In this document: piece by piece, positions 1-16,996 of the stretch
Numbering within the stretch: position 1 is the stretch's first letter
How the letters are laid out: each line of letters starts with the position of its first letter
Assembly: GCF_009914755.1 (NCBI RefSeq)
Contig: NC_060939.1
From: the human T2T-CHM13v2.0 reference genome, Homo sapiens
Strand: one strand, 5' to 3'
DNA length: 64,000 nucleotides
Made by a program: the position numbers and the translations under genes
The notes under the pieces: model-generated
What the model saw: only the letters and a program-made list of their open reading frames with translations
Databases searched by the model: none
Told to the model about the DNA's origin: nothing

Positions 1-470
1 CTTTCACCTGCTCTTAGTGTCTTCTGAATCACTTTTATGAACTGTTTGATCTTCAGACTGGACATTTCCATGGTTTTCCCTAGATGTCTTCTTGTCATAA
101 AATTCCACAAGACATTCAATCCCTAGCCATTGATTTCTTTCTCTCTTTCACTCACAGGATCATACATTGTTTCAGTGGGCAATGAATGAATCCAGTGGAG
201 CCTTGTCTTACACATCAGATGAAACGGCTGGCTGGTTTAGGGGCCACAGAGATTGAAAATTTGTTTTAAGCATTAGAATCACTCTAAGCACTCTACGATA
301 CACATGAGCACAGGCACATGAGAGCAGAGGCAAAGAAGAGCAGATTCAAATCTTCCATGTCACACTCATTCCAGACATATACTAATTAAGTAGAATTGAG
401 GGCATATTCCTACTGTATTTAGAATTTTTCATTTCCTTTTTGTTTTTGGACAAATGGATAGAGTTGAACA

Positions 471-555
471 AGTTGAATGTTTCAGTGAGCCCACTGTACC
501 TACCACATAAAAGGCAGTGTGTTAGGTTCAAGGCATTCACTGATTTTTTTCTTTT
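471..555 (-). ncRNA. MIR5094: MIR5094 precursor (intronic, sense to AP3S2)
   Basis: Reverse complement contains AATCAGTGAATGCCTTGAACCT (524-545), the recalled mature miR-5094. The hairpin is imperfect and abuts an Alu tail. Confidence 0.75.
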
Positions 556-1136
556 TTTTTTTTTGAGACAGGGTCTTGCTCTGTCACTATCACTCAAGCT
601 GCAGAGCAGAGGCGTGATCATGGCTCACTGCAGCCATGGCCTCCCAGGCTCAAGTGATCCCACCTCAGCCTCCAGAGTAGCTGGGACCACAGACCTGCAT
701 CACCACACCCAGCTAATTTTTGTATTTTTTGTAGAGACAGGGTTTCACCATGTTACCCAGGCTGATCTCAAACTCCTGGGCTCAAGCAATCCTTCTGTTT
801 CAACCTCCCAGAGTGCTGGGATTACAGCACCTGGCCGATTTTTCACTAAAAGAACATAATCTCTAAAATGTCTATTTTCAAATATGCTTAACATCACAGA
901 TTGTTAAGAGCTGGAAGAAGGAAATGAAGATAAGATGTGGACCCTGTCCTTAAAGAGTTTAGAATCAAGTAAGAAAGATTAAACATGTACAGAATTAACT
1001 ATAATAAAAGGAAGTCTGTGATAAATACCATGACCCAAGTACAAAGTACTATGTTATTTCAGAGAAGGGTGGCCTTAAAACTAACTGGCAATTGGAGGAA
1101 AAGGCATCCAGGCAGAGGGAATGGCAAATTACCTAG

Positions 1137-1385
<249 letters not shown>

Positions 1386-1879
1386 TGATCTTGAACTCCT
1401 GACCTTGTGATCTGCCCAACTCGGCCTCCCAAAGTGCTGGGATTACAGGCATGAGCCACCGCGCCCAACTCAACTTCTTTTTTAATTAATAAAAGGATCA
1501 CTCACTCACTGGCTTCATATTTTATGCTCTTTGAATATATATAGTTGACTGCAGTAAAGTATACTCACTACATATTATTACTTCCTTTTTTAAAAAAACC
1601 AGTTCCTATTATGAGTCAGGGTTCTCCGTGAAATCATTTTTTTTTTTTAATGTTCTAGCAGGACTTTTTCTTTCTAACCCAGTGTTTCATCCTCCTTTGG
1701 CTACTACCTGTTTGCACTGCTGATCCCAAATGCCAAGCACAGTGCTAAGTACAGAAAAAGATCCAGACCTTGTCCTTTTGAATTTCATCCTTCCTTGGTT
1801 GCTTATCTGCTAAGAAAACATGACACAAACACATTTCCCCACATTTAGGATGTCAAAGCAGGCGGGAATACTACAGGCA

Positions 1880-2130
1880 GCATTGCAGAGTGTAGAGGGT
1901 GCGGGTCCATAATCAGAGTCCAGGATCTGAATGTGGCTCTATCACTTACCAGCTGTGTGACCTTAGAGAAACTGAGGCTTCCTACCAATAAACCTCAGTT
2001 TCTTCATCTGTAAAATGGGGAGAACCAGAGTTCTTAGCTGCCAGGCTTATTCTAAAGATTAAAAAAGATGATGTAGGAAATAAATGAGACACTGTATATA
2101 AAGCACTTAGCTATCTATTACGTGCCTAGT
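1880..2130 (+). mobile_element. MIR (more near 50310-50640, 54190-54460, 59150-59280, 63400-63520)
   Basis: cacttaccagctgtgtgacctt...cctcagtttcttcatctgtaaaatgggg...aaagcacttag core. Confidence 0.75.
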
Positions 2131-3189
2131 TCTTAGTAAGTACTCGGATGTTGGTTAATTTGGTAGTTATAATCAAAGTCATCTTGACCAACCTCTTTCC
2201 CAGTGCAGGATTCTGTTCTTTGGCTCCTGCAACAGTATAGATCCTTCACTCTGGTGACAGATCCTTCGCCTCCATGAAGAGAGCTCACTACTGTTTCCAA
2301 GCTGCTCAGTGGGCTGTTGAGCAGCAACAACTGTCAGAGAGTTTTTAACTGTACTGAGCTACAACAAGCATCAAATAATTTCCACCCCCGATCCTACCTG
2401 TGTCTTCTGGAGCAACACAGAGTAAGTCCCTGCCCTCTACCCTGGGATTCTATCACTCTGCCTAAGGCAACCACATAGGCAGGCAGATAAGTGAAGCACA
2501 ATTTGGCCATAAAACAAAAAAAGAAAAAAAGTCCAAATGCCACACCTAGATCCCATAAAACTGTTTCTAAGGAGACCATCTCCATCCCCACAGTTCCTGC
2601 TCCTTCTAAATCACTGCCCATGGAACAGCCCTGTGCCCCAGTCCACCTGCTCGCCCTTTACATGCTGGCTCAAAGACTTCCAAAGCTGTAACATCCCTAA
2701 ACACAAGTTACAAAAATAGTTCAGTATCACTGGAGTGTAAAGTTCAAAGCAAGAGGTGAGGCTAGACAGGCAGGCTGGGCATGCTCATGGAGGTCTTTGT
2801 ACATAAGAAGGGGCTGCAGCTTCACCCTTTTGGCAGTGGTCCCCAACTTAAAAAAAAATTCATGAAAATTCACTTAAATAACACACTTCCCTCAATCACT
2901 CAGTGTCACTGAACTATCATAAGGTTTTGAGGAAGGTGGTGGAGGGGAGTGAGGCATGTCCTTCTCCTTAAGAATCACTGCAGCTGGGGGTATACATCAG
3001 CAAGGGAGTTAGTAAAAAATACATTTTTAAATATATCATTAGGAAGGTGTGTAAAGGATAGTCTTAAGGCACAATATAGGAGGCAGAGAGACTAGTAGGA
3101 AAAAAGTAAAAATAAAGACAAATTCACCATTTATTGAACTAAGCAATTATTCACTAATTCCGATCCTCAAATAATTGAATGGTGGATAT

Positions 3190-3352
3190 TACTGTATTAT
3201 ATCAAATCTAAGACTTCACTGATTGTAAAACATACTATTTTTATGTGCTACTACAAAAGAAAAATGACATACCATTGATTATAAGAAAAATCTTGATTTG
3301 AGATGTTAAAATTATAAATGGTACCCAAAAAGTGAGTCTAAAGAATCAATGA
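3190..3352. mobile_element. MER104-like TcMar fossil; its end is the target site of the first SVA
   Basis: ctgtattatatcaaatctaagac...tctaaagaatcaatgaaatgtg resembles MER104 termini and resumes after 5981. Confidence 0.5.
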
Positions 3353-6036
<2,684 letters not shown>

Positions 6037-6283
6037 TTAAGAGGGTTGCATAAATTACACAGTTAGAATCTGGTAGAGTCAGAAGCCCACAAAGGCAATT
6101 CATGCAGAATCCCACTTGAGGAACACAGGGTTCCTAGTTCCTCCTGAGTGCACCCAGAGGTTATCTCCCAAGGGAGCAAAGGCAAAGTGAAAAGTGAGCC
6201 CACCCCGAAACTAGCCAGTATGCACAAGTCATAACCTTCAAAGGCAAGGTCTAATTAGAATTTGGTTTTAAAAAATGGGCCTT

Positions 6284-6910
<627 letters not shown>

Positions 6911-7779
6911 GAAACCCACAAAATTGGGACACATATCTATTTCACATCAACTAATCAACTCTGACTGTCCTGTATTGTTTGGATAACCAACAAAGTATTA
7001 CATACTGACACTATTCCAAAGGCGTTTACAATCTACTAGAAACAGTTAGAATTAAAAACTTGAGAGCATGAGCAAGAAGACAAACAGTTTGGAGAACTAC
7101 AATACCGAAGTTTAGAGAAAGCTTCATCAAAAGTAAAAACTGGGCTGGGGCTGGGCACGGTGGAGGAGAGACAGGGTTTCAACATGTTGGTCAGGCTGGT
7201 CTTGAACTCCTGACCTCAAGTGATCCATCCACCTCGGCCTCCCAAAGTGCTGGGATTACAGGTGTGAGCCACCGTGCCTAGTTTATGAGCTTCTTACAGG
7301 TAGAAAATTTGAGTTTTATATCTTTGTATCTCTATATTTAGCGCAGTGTCTTTTTCCTAATGAATGCTTAATAAATGATTGTTGTTTGGTAATCAGAGAA
7401 AAGACAAAAACACTCTCAGACATCAGTACTTCATCAAGGTCAGAGAGCCAAGGTAAAGACAAATGATTTGCAGAAAGCCTCTAAGGAGGGAGGCACTCGC
7501 CTCCCACATATAAAAACCATTTATTCTGTTAAGAAATTTTATTTTAAGTCATCTTAAATTCATTTGGGAAGTATAGAAGATATAAATGCCCAATAATCAG
7601 AGAAACTGAAAAGCTGCTATGTGGGATACCTTTCCTAAGATTCAACCATGTTTCCTTCTTATTAGAGCACTCCTCTATTTTTCTGTTACTAAAATTTCTA
7701 GCTTCCCTTCTACAAAGTGATAATAAAAATCAAACATTAACTTTTCCTCTAAGAAAATCCATGAAAAAACCATGGTCAT

Positions 7780-8107
7780 CATTGGTAATATTCAACTAGT
7801 TCAGGTTCTCCTCCCTCTTGGGCACATAATAGGATCATTTCCCCATCCCTTGGGTGGGAGCATGTGACTGATTTTGATCACTGAAATGTGAGTGTACGAG
7901 GATGTGTCACTTCAAGAGCCGGAACACACACATGCCCAGGTAGAAGCACATGTTGAGGAGATTTCCATCAGCCTGGACCTCAGAGGAACTACAGTCAGCA
8001 GACACACCACAATGGCCACATAGCACGAGTGAAAAAATAAACCTTGCTCTCATAAGCCATTGGGATTTTGGAGTAATGCATTACCTAGCCTACCTTGATT
8101 GATACAA
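7780..8107 (+). mobile_element. MLT1-type MaLR LTR
   Basis: aaataaaccttgctctcataagccattgggattttgg...cctagcctaccttgattgataca terminus. Confidence 0.6.
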
Positions 8108-8144
8108 AAATCAAGCCTGGAAAAGGGTTCTTAGTTAGGAATCA

Positions 8145-8441
<297 letters not shown>

Positions 8442-8444
8442 TCA

Positions 8445-8458
8445 AAAAAAGAAAGAAA

Positions 8459-8529
<71 letters not shown>

Positions 8530-8531
8530 AA

Positions 8532-8571
<40 letters not shown>

Positions 8572-8572
8572 G
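8445..8572 (+). repeat. Compound (GAAA)n(GA)n(GAAA)n microsatellite from an Alu tail
   Basis: Read directly from the sequence. Confidence 0.95.
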
Positions 8573-9174
8573 AAACTCTACTTCTTATCTTAGAGTAGGC
8601 TAATCCTCTTCTGCAATATAAGGAATAATAGCAAGAACAATAAAATTGAATCTCAATTCCAGCCTTTCAGGGTGCCTATAAATCAGCAACCAAAGCAAAA
8701 TACAATTCGTTTTATCTGCAACATATCCAAGTAATACCATGGGTAATAAGCTTTGTTTACTGACTACAACCTTGACAAACACTAGGTTTTACTGAAAACG
8801 GCTGCATATCAAATGAATATCTCTAAAGGTCAAATTGTGCTGTTTTGTGTACACTGTTATTCTACTAACCAGTAATAAGGAATGACTAACACACCAAACT
8901 TGAAGCAGCAGGTAATCAATGAGATTGTGCACTGAGGCAATCCAAAGTTCAAGTAAGGAAAGCGAGTGTGTATATGGCAGCAGATATTCAGTATAGTCTG
9001 GAACAATCCTTGCTTTTGTTTTTTTCTTTTTTTTTTTCTTTTTTACTTAAAGAGATGGGGTCTCACTTATTGCTCAGGCTGTTCTCAAACTCCTGGGCTC
9101 AAGTGATCCTCTCGCCTCAGCCTCCCAAAGTGCTGGGGATTATCGTCGTGAGCCTCCACAACCAGCCCAAGTGT

Positions 9175-9428
9175 CCTTCCTTCCTTCCTTCCTTTCTTCC
9201 TTCCTTCCCTCTCTCCTTGCTTCCTTTCTCTTTCTTTCTTTCCTTCTTTCTTTCTTTTTCCCTCCTTCCTTCCTTTTTTTCTTTTCTTTCTTTCCTTTTT
9301 TCTTTTCTTTTTCTTCCTTCCTTCCTTTCCTTCCTTCCTTTTTCCTTCCTTTCCTTCCTTCCTTCTTTCCTTCCTTTCCTTCCTTCCTTCCTTCCTTCCT
9401 TTTCTTTCTTTCTTTTTTTTTTTTTTTT
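9175..9428 (+). repeat. (CCTT/CTTT)n polypyrimidine tract, expanded Alu tail
   Basis: Read directly; about 250 nt, almost purely pyrimidine. Confidence 0.95.
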
Positions 9429-9760
9429 GAGATGGAGTCCTGCTCTGTCGCCCAGGCTGGTGTGCAGTGGCGCGACCTCGGCTCACTGCAACCTACACTT
9501 CCCAGGTTCAAGCAATTCTTCTGCCTCACGTCTCCCGTGTAGCTGGGATTAAAGGTGCACGCCACCACGCCTGGGTAATTTTTGTATTTTTAGTAGAGAC
9601 GGAGTTTCACCACGTTGGCCAGGCTGGTCTCGAACTCCTGACCTCAGGTGAGCCACCCGCCTTGACCTCCCAAAGTGCTAAGATTACAGGCTCGAGCCAC
9701 CGCGCCCAGCCCTTCTTTCTTTTTTTTTCTAAACAAATTACAGGGATTTTAGAAATTTAA

Positions 9761-9961
<201 letters not shown>

Positions 9962-10179
9962 TAGTAGAGACAGGGTTTCACCATGTTAGCCAGGTTGGTC
10001 TCGATCTCCTGACCTCGTGATCTGTCCGCCTTGGCCCTCCCAAAGTGCTGGGATTACAGGCATGAGCCATCATGACCAGCCGATCTCTGTCTTTATGTTA
10101 CCCTGAGGGAATAAGATTTTGGCCTCTGAAAAAAATATTCTACAGCCAACACTAAGAATTGAAGATAACATACAGAAAG

Positions 10180-10660
10180 TACAGTAGTCCCCCCTTACCT
10201 GCCTAGAATATGTCCTAAGACCCCCAGTGGATGCGTTATTTTTTCCTATACACACATACCTAGGATAAAGTCTAATTTGTAAATTAGGCACAGTAAGAGA
10301 TTAACAACGATAACTAATAATAAAAACAATTATGACAATATGCCAGCATCATTACTCTTGCACTTTGGGGCCATTATGAAGTAAAATAAAGGTTACCTGA
10401 ACACAAGCACCGTGACACTGTGACAGTCAAGATGGCTACTAAGTAAGCAGTGGGCAGCTAGTGTACACAGCACGGATACAATGGATGAGGGGATGATTCC
10501 CATCCTGGAGCAGGACAGAGCAACATTTCATCATGCTGCTCAGAATGGCATGCAATTTAAAACGTATTGTTTATTTCTAGAATTTTCCATTTAATATTTT
10601 TGGACCATGGTTGACTGTGCATAACTGGAACTACAGAAAGTGAAACTGCAGATAAAACTG
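10180..10660 (-). mobile_element. MER44-family (Tigger7-derived) DNA transposon fossil
   Basis: Terminus tacagtagtccccccttacc and MER44-like internal sequence (gaattttccatttaatatttttggacc...gaaagtgaaactgcagataa). Confidence 0.75.
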
Positions 10661-11749
10661 TCTGTCTTAACCACGCTTTAACTCTGCCCTACAACTGGCC
10701 TTTCTGTATGTAAGATAATAAATTTCCTTATTACTTAAGCCAAAAAAAAAAATTCTGCCACAAAATTCTTACCTATCAAGCATCAGTAAAGAAGGGCTTT
10801 ATAGATGCAATGGAACACAAGGCTGGTCTCAGCTCTCTTCTTCTCTTAGGCACATCCAGATAGAGAAACAGAGGCAGCCAGGGATAGTCAGGTATGTTAA
10901 CTCGCACCTTTTACAAGAACTAAAACTCAAACAGAATACCTTATTCTTCCAGACCAAATAGCTCCTCTTTCATCATCAAAAACACAAACTGTCTGTCCCT
11001 CACTTGTCCCTCCATTCCTGGAGACCTGCAGTCAGGACATCTGCTTCAACGTCACAGGGTGTGGCAGGTATTAATGAGCTTTGTTATCACAAGCTCTGTT
11101 CACAGAAGGGACATCTGGCAAACAAAACCCAATATTACTGTTTATGATCCTTTCATCTTAGTGCTCACGAGTTAATTTTGAACTCTCAGCATTTTTCCAT
11201 TTTAGCAGCCTATGCTTAGCAGAGATTTAAAATTCCATACTATGAGGTTTTCTTGGGTTCAGCACCATTCAGAAGCATATGTTTCAATTCTCTTGAGAGG
11301 GCCCACTGCAAATTGAAATCTATTTAAAAAAAAATAAAGCGCTGGATAAATTCCCTTGACATAGCCATTGAATTGTGACTCTGATGACCAAATCTTGAAA
11401 GCCCAATTGAATTCTAAATCCAGCTTTGCTATTAGATACTGGTAGATCAGAATGTTAGGTCACCCACACAGTTTTCTTTGAACAAAATTCAATTCACCAT
11501 AATTAACACCAACACCCAGCTCAGTCATAATGTTGAGCTGTGTTTAGGGATTTCTGAAAGCAAAAGGGAACCAAGTACCCTAGGCTCTAAATGGCACAGC
11601 CAGGAGAGCTGATGGTTACCCCAGAGACTATGAAATCAGACCTTACTCCAGCCTCCAACAGTTTAAATCATGAGCAACCTTATGAGACTAGAGTCCTGGG
11701 AACTCTTTAGTGACAGTCACCTGAAGATTACCCCAGTCAGTAAAAGGTA

Positions 11750-13450
11750 CCACACTAGATTCAGTGAGGAATACAAAGATAAGGCAGTCTAACCAAGCAG
11801 GGAAAACATAGAAAGGTACATAAATTAAGGTCACAGAAGGATAAAAATAATACTATACCTGGTTCAAAGAGATCACAATAGGCTAGACCATGAGGGCAAG
11901 CTTTAGGGTGGTAGGATTTGAGCAGCACTTGAATGACAGGCAGTATTTAGTACATGAAAAGACAATTCAGGCAGAGAGTTGAGGCAGGAACTACAAAATA
12001 AGTAGGAGTGGTCCACTGTGGCTAGAGCAGAAAGTGTCTGGCCAGTAGTTACGGAAGTAAAGCCAGGATAGGATGGGCACAAATTGTGGAGAGCCTTGAA
12101 TGTGTCCGGCCAAGGAGTCAAGGCTAGTCTAAGAAGTACATTAGAAAAACTAATTTCAGTATGTGGGATCAACAAGAAGGAAGAGAGAATAAGGTTAGAA
12201 AACCTGCCAGAAACAATCAAGAGACATGACAACTAAAGACAATGTTTGACTCATAACTGAAACTGAGATTTAAAAAAAGATCTAAAGGACATTTCTGGGA
12301 CAATTGGGAAACTTAAATATGAACTATATATTGGAAAACAATATTTATTAATGTTAAATTTCCCAACTATGTTAATTGTGTTGTGCATCATTAGAGAATT
12401 ACATACAATGTATTATATAAGAATATCCTTGCTCTTAGGAGATATTTATTGACATATTTAGGGATGAAAAGTTATGATGTCTGCAACTAATTCTCAAAAT
12501 CGTTCAGGAAAAAAAGTATATATGTATATAGACATAAAAGCAAGTATGCCAAATGTTAATAGTTGGTGAATCTAAGAACAAGATATAAAGAAGGACATTA
12601 CAGAAAAAAGCAACAGATTTAGTGATTGACTGGACCTTGGGAGCGAGGAAGAGGGAGAAAAGGTTTTGAATGTAGATGACAGAGGATGGTAGTAACACTC
12701 CTGGAAAAGGGAAGCTGCAGGGAGAAATGGTTTTCAGAAGACATATGCTGAAGCTGGCTCTGGATACGTGGCAAGAAGAAATTTAGATGTGAGAATGACA
12801 TTAGGGAGAAATGCCTTCAGGCTGTTGGAAATACAGGAATAGGACTCGAGCCATACATCAAGACTAGAATTACCCATTTGGGAATTACCTACATAGATAA
12901 TAGTGTGAGCATGAAAATTTTTTTTTAAATACCCAAGTTTTGCTTCAAGACCTAGAACATGAAATATGGATGAGATTTATGCTAGAAATATGAGAGGGAG
13001 AAGAGAGAGGTGAGAGATGACTGACAACATAACTTCCTGATAGAGTGGGAAAAGAATAGGAAAGAAATCAGCAGGGTTCTATATGACAGAAAGAAAGGTG
13101 GAAAAAGATTAAGAGAGTGCTCCACTGAAGGGTTAACAGTATCAGATACCACAGAAACAATAAAAAAGGTGATGACTAGGAAACGGCCACAGGATTTGAA
13201 AATTGGGAAATCATCAGTGAATTCTGGGTAGGACTGAAAACCAGGCTATGGGACTCTAGAAAGAGAACAGAGAAAGTAGAATTAAAGACTGGGCGTAAAT
13301 CACCCACGAATTCAAGTTCACCTTGCATGAGAACAATGGAAATGGAACTACAGTTAGTGGGGCAGTAGAGCCATGGGAAGGGCTGTATTCACTCCGAGAC
13401 CAGGGCATTCTGTGTAGACACAGAAGAACAAACACTAAGGACACCTTAGA
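11750..13450. mobile_element. L2 fragments (more near 30800-31310, 49510-49980, 55340-56710)
   Basis: Purine-rich degenerate L2 motifs such as gtggagagccttgaatg, gatttagtgattgactgga and gaaatgtgaggtg-like segments. Confidence 0.55.
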
Positions 13451-15869
13451 GACCAGTGCAAGAAGTGACATTATGGTGTGTGTCGGGGAGAGACAGAAAG
13501 ATAACTTGGCTCTAGAAATGGAATGAAATAAACCCTCCTTTAACACAGGAAGAAAAGGAGAGAGAGGAGGTGAAAAAGAGAGAAGCAGTGATAAAAAGAG
13601 TATACAAAAACAACTTAGGAGGTTAAACAAGAAATCACAAGATTAGGAATAAACAACTTGGCAGAGCCGAGGAATTCAGTCATAGCTGGTCTTTACACAG
13701 GCCTACTACTCCGGCCACATCTGCTTAAGGTGATGGGGCATCTATCCATGACTATCTAATGAAGATCTTAAAGACCTAGGAACTGATGAGAGTTTCTGAC
13801 CTCAAGGTGAAGAGATTCTTTAGTTAAAAAGAACAGAGTTCAAGGTGATGTTCCTATTGTCTTAGGACAAGGCTTTTGCCTATCTTAGTAAAAAGATCAT
13901 TTTTTATTATCAACAGAAGAAGCTATACTTGAATTAGCAACTGCTCTCTATGAGGGCAAAGATAAGCTTGAAATCCTATGAAAAGGAAGCCACCTATTGG
14001 AAGCCTCAGACATTCTAAAGCTGAATAGGGTAGGATTCTGATTCCTTGCATCACTTGTTTTCAAAAATCTCAGGAGATATGAACAGTTATTTCCTAATAC
14101 TGCATGAACAACAAAAATACATAGTTTCATAAACTGTAAAAAAAATTTGCAGTGGCAGCAAAATACTTTATGGAACTTATCTGAAGATAAGACATATGAG
14201 GAAGAACAACATTTTTACGGCCTTTTATTTCCTTCTAAAAGCCACATCCAATAAAATGGCTGGAACTGGAATTACTTTACTGCTTTAGCAGGCATCCTTA
14301 CAGATGTTTACAAAACAGTATTAGAATGATGATGCAAAAAAATCATGATTACCTCAGGAACTGGAAAAAAAGCTTTTGATAAATTTTAACATCCTTTTAT
14401 GATTAAAAATCCTTAGTAGGAAGAGAAAGGAAGAAACATCCTTAACCTGACAATCTTTACCAAAAAAACCTATAGCAAATACTCTACTTCATGGTGACAG
14501 GATGAAAGCTTCCCTTTGAAACCAGGAATCAGAGCAGATGCCCACTGTCACTACTTCTATTCAATACAACTTCTACCAACACATTTTTTTTTTTTGAGAC
14601 GGAGTCTCGCTCTGTCACCCAGGTTGGAGGGCAGTGGTGTGATCTCGGCTGCCGGGTTCAAGTGATTCTCCTGCCTCAGCCTCTCAAGTAGCTGGGACTA
14701 CAGGCACACCACCACGCCCAGCTAATTTTTGTATTTTTAGTAGAGACAAGGTTTCACCATGTTGTCCAGGCTGTTCTCAAACTCCTGACCTAAGTTGACC
14801 CACTCGCCTCAGCCTCCCAAAGTGCTGGGATTATAGGCATTAGCCACTGTGCCCGGTCCTTACAAATACGTTTTTAAATCACAGGCAGACAACCTCACAG
14901 AAGAAAGAACAAAGGCCCTGAATAAACATTTCACTAGAGAGGACCTCCTAATAGGCAATAAACAAGAAAAGATGCTCATCTTCATAAGAAATGCAATTGG
15001 AATGACAATGAAATGCCAGTACATACCTACTAGCTGGATAAAAATTAAGTTCTATATCCATCAGTCAGGACAGGCTTGGTTAAGTCACAGTAACAATTTT
15101 AACATTTCATGGCTTAAAGTAACAAGTTTATTTCTCTCATACTATGCACACATCCACTGTGCGTCCACTGGGGAGCACTGCTCTACCTCATCCTCAGTTA
15201 GGGACCCAGGCCCTGGAAGGCTGTGTGTCCATGCTTCCACAAATGGAATATATATATATATATTCCATTATTATATATATTAGCACTGGCTCCTAAGTTT
15301 TGCCTAGAAGTGACACATGGCACTTCCACTCACACTTCATTAGCTAAAGCAAGTCACATGGCTACACCTAACTTCAGGAAGGCATATTAGTATAATTTTA
15401 CCATGTTTCTCGAAGGGGAAAGAACTGTAAATATTTAGTTAACAGTTCTAATGATTACCACACTGAGAATATAAACCTTTGGTGAGCATACAGAGCACTG
15501 GGAACACTCACCCCCGATTGGTAGAAGTATAAATGGATACAATCACTCTGGCATTATCTAACAAAGTGGCAGATACTATGGTCTACAGTCCAGAGGCCTT
15601 GAGCCTCAGACTTCTTTTGCCAGTGCTGCAGGCCTGCTGGTGCTTTTGTGCTTCCTTCTAGAGGCCTGTTTCTTCCTTCTAGAGGCCTCACCTATGACCC
15701 AGGAATTGCACTGTTAAGAGAAATAGATGTTTCAAGAAAATGTACAAAAATGTACAATAGCATCCATTTTCAAGAATATTCATGACAACATATTTCATAA
15801 AAGCTCCAAACTCAAAACAATCTAATTCCATCAGTCATAGAATGGATAAATTCACATAATGAAATCCTA

Positions 15870-16301
<432 letters not shown>

Positions 16302-16523
16302 TCACCATGGAGGTATACTCCACGTTGCCTAGACAATGAACTAGCTTAGACTAGGGGGTTGGGAGGCTACCCCTTCTCCCAGTGAGAGGGGCTGCACCCA
16401 AGCACAACTTCCCACAGCACCTACAGCTGTCTTCTCCAGGTGTGTATTATCCCACAGGTCCCTAAGTTTCCAGGTGTTGGGCAGCTGGCATTCCCAGACA
16501 ACTTCCTTTTTTTTTTTTTTTGA

Positions 16524-16628
<105 letters not shown>

Positions 16629-16996
16629 TGAGTAGCTGGAATTATAGGCATGCACCACCAAGCCCAGCTAATTTTGCATTTTTAGTAGAGACGGGGTTTC
16701 TCCATGTTGGTTAGGCTGGTCTCGAACTCCCGACCTCAGGCCTCCCAAAGTGCTGGGATTATAGGCGTTAGCCACCGCACCCGGCCCCTAGACAACATCT
16801 ATAAGCAGCTGGCACACAAATACAGATTTCGTGGTGTCTAAGCATTCTGCCTATCTCTCCACTAGCAAAGCTACTCTCACAGGTGCCTGATAAAAAAGAC
16901 AGCATTGGAGGAGGTGGGTGATGGGAGTCATTCCAGCAGAGACACCTCAATACACCTCTCCATGGGCTCTTCTCTTGCTTTGAAAACTCCCCCTTT

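Noticed and set aside
2398-2461. Possible 64-nt cryptic AP3S2 exon (ttgccttag|...CAG|gtagga)
   Set aside because: Only moderate splice signals, which occur often by chance; no transcript evidence available.
15651-15688. Short tandem duplication cttccttctagaggcct x2
   Set aside because: Ordinary slippage duplication with no functional hint.
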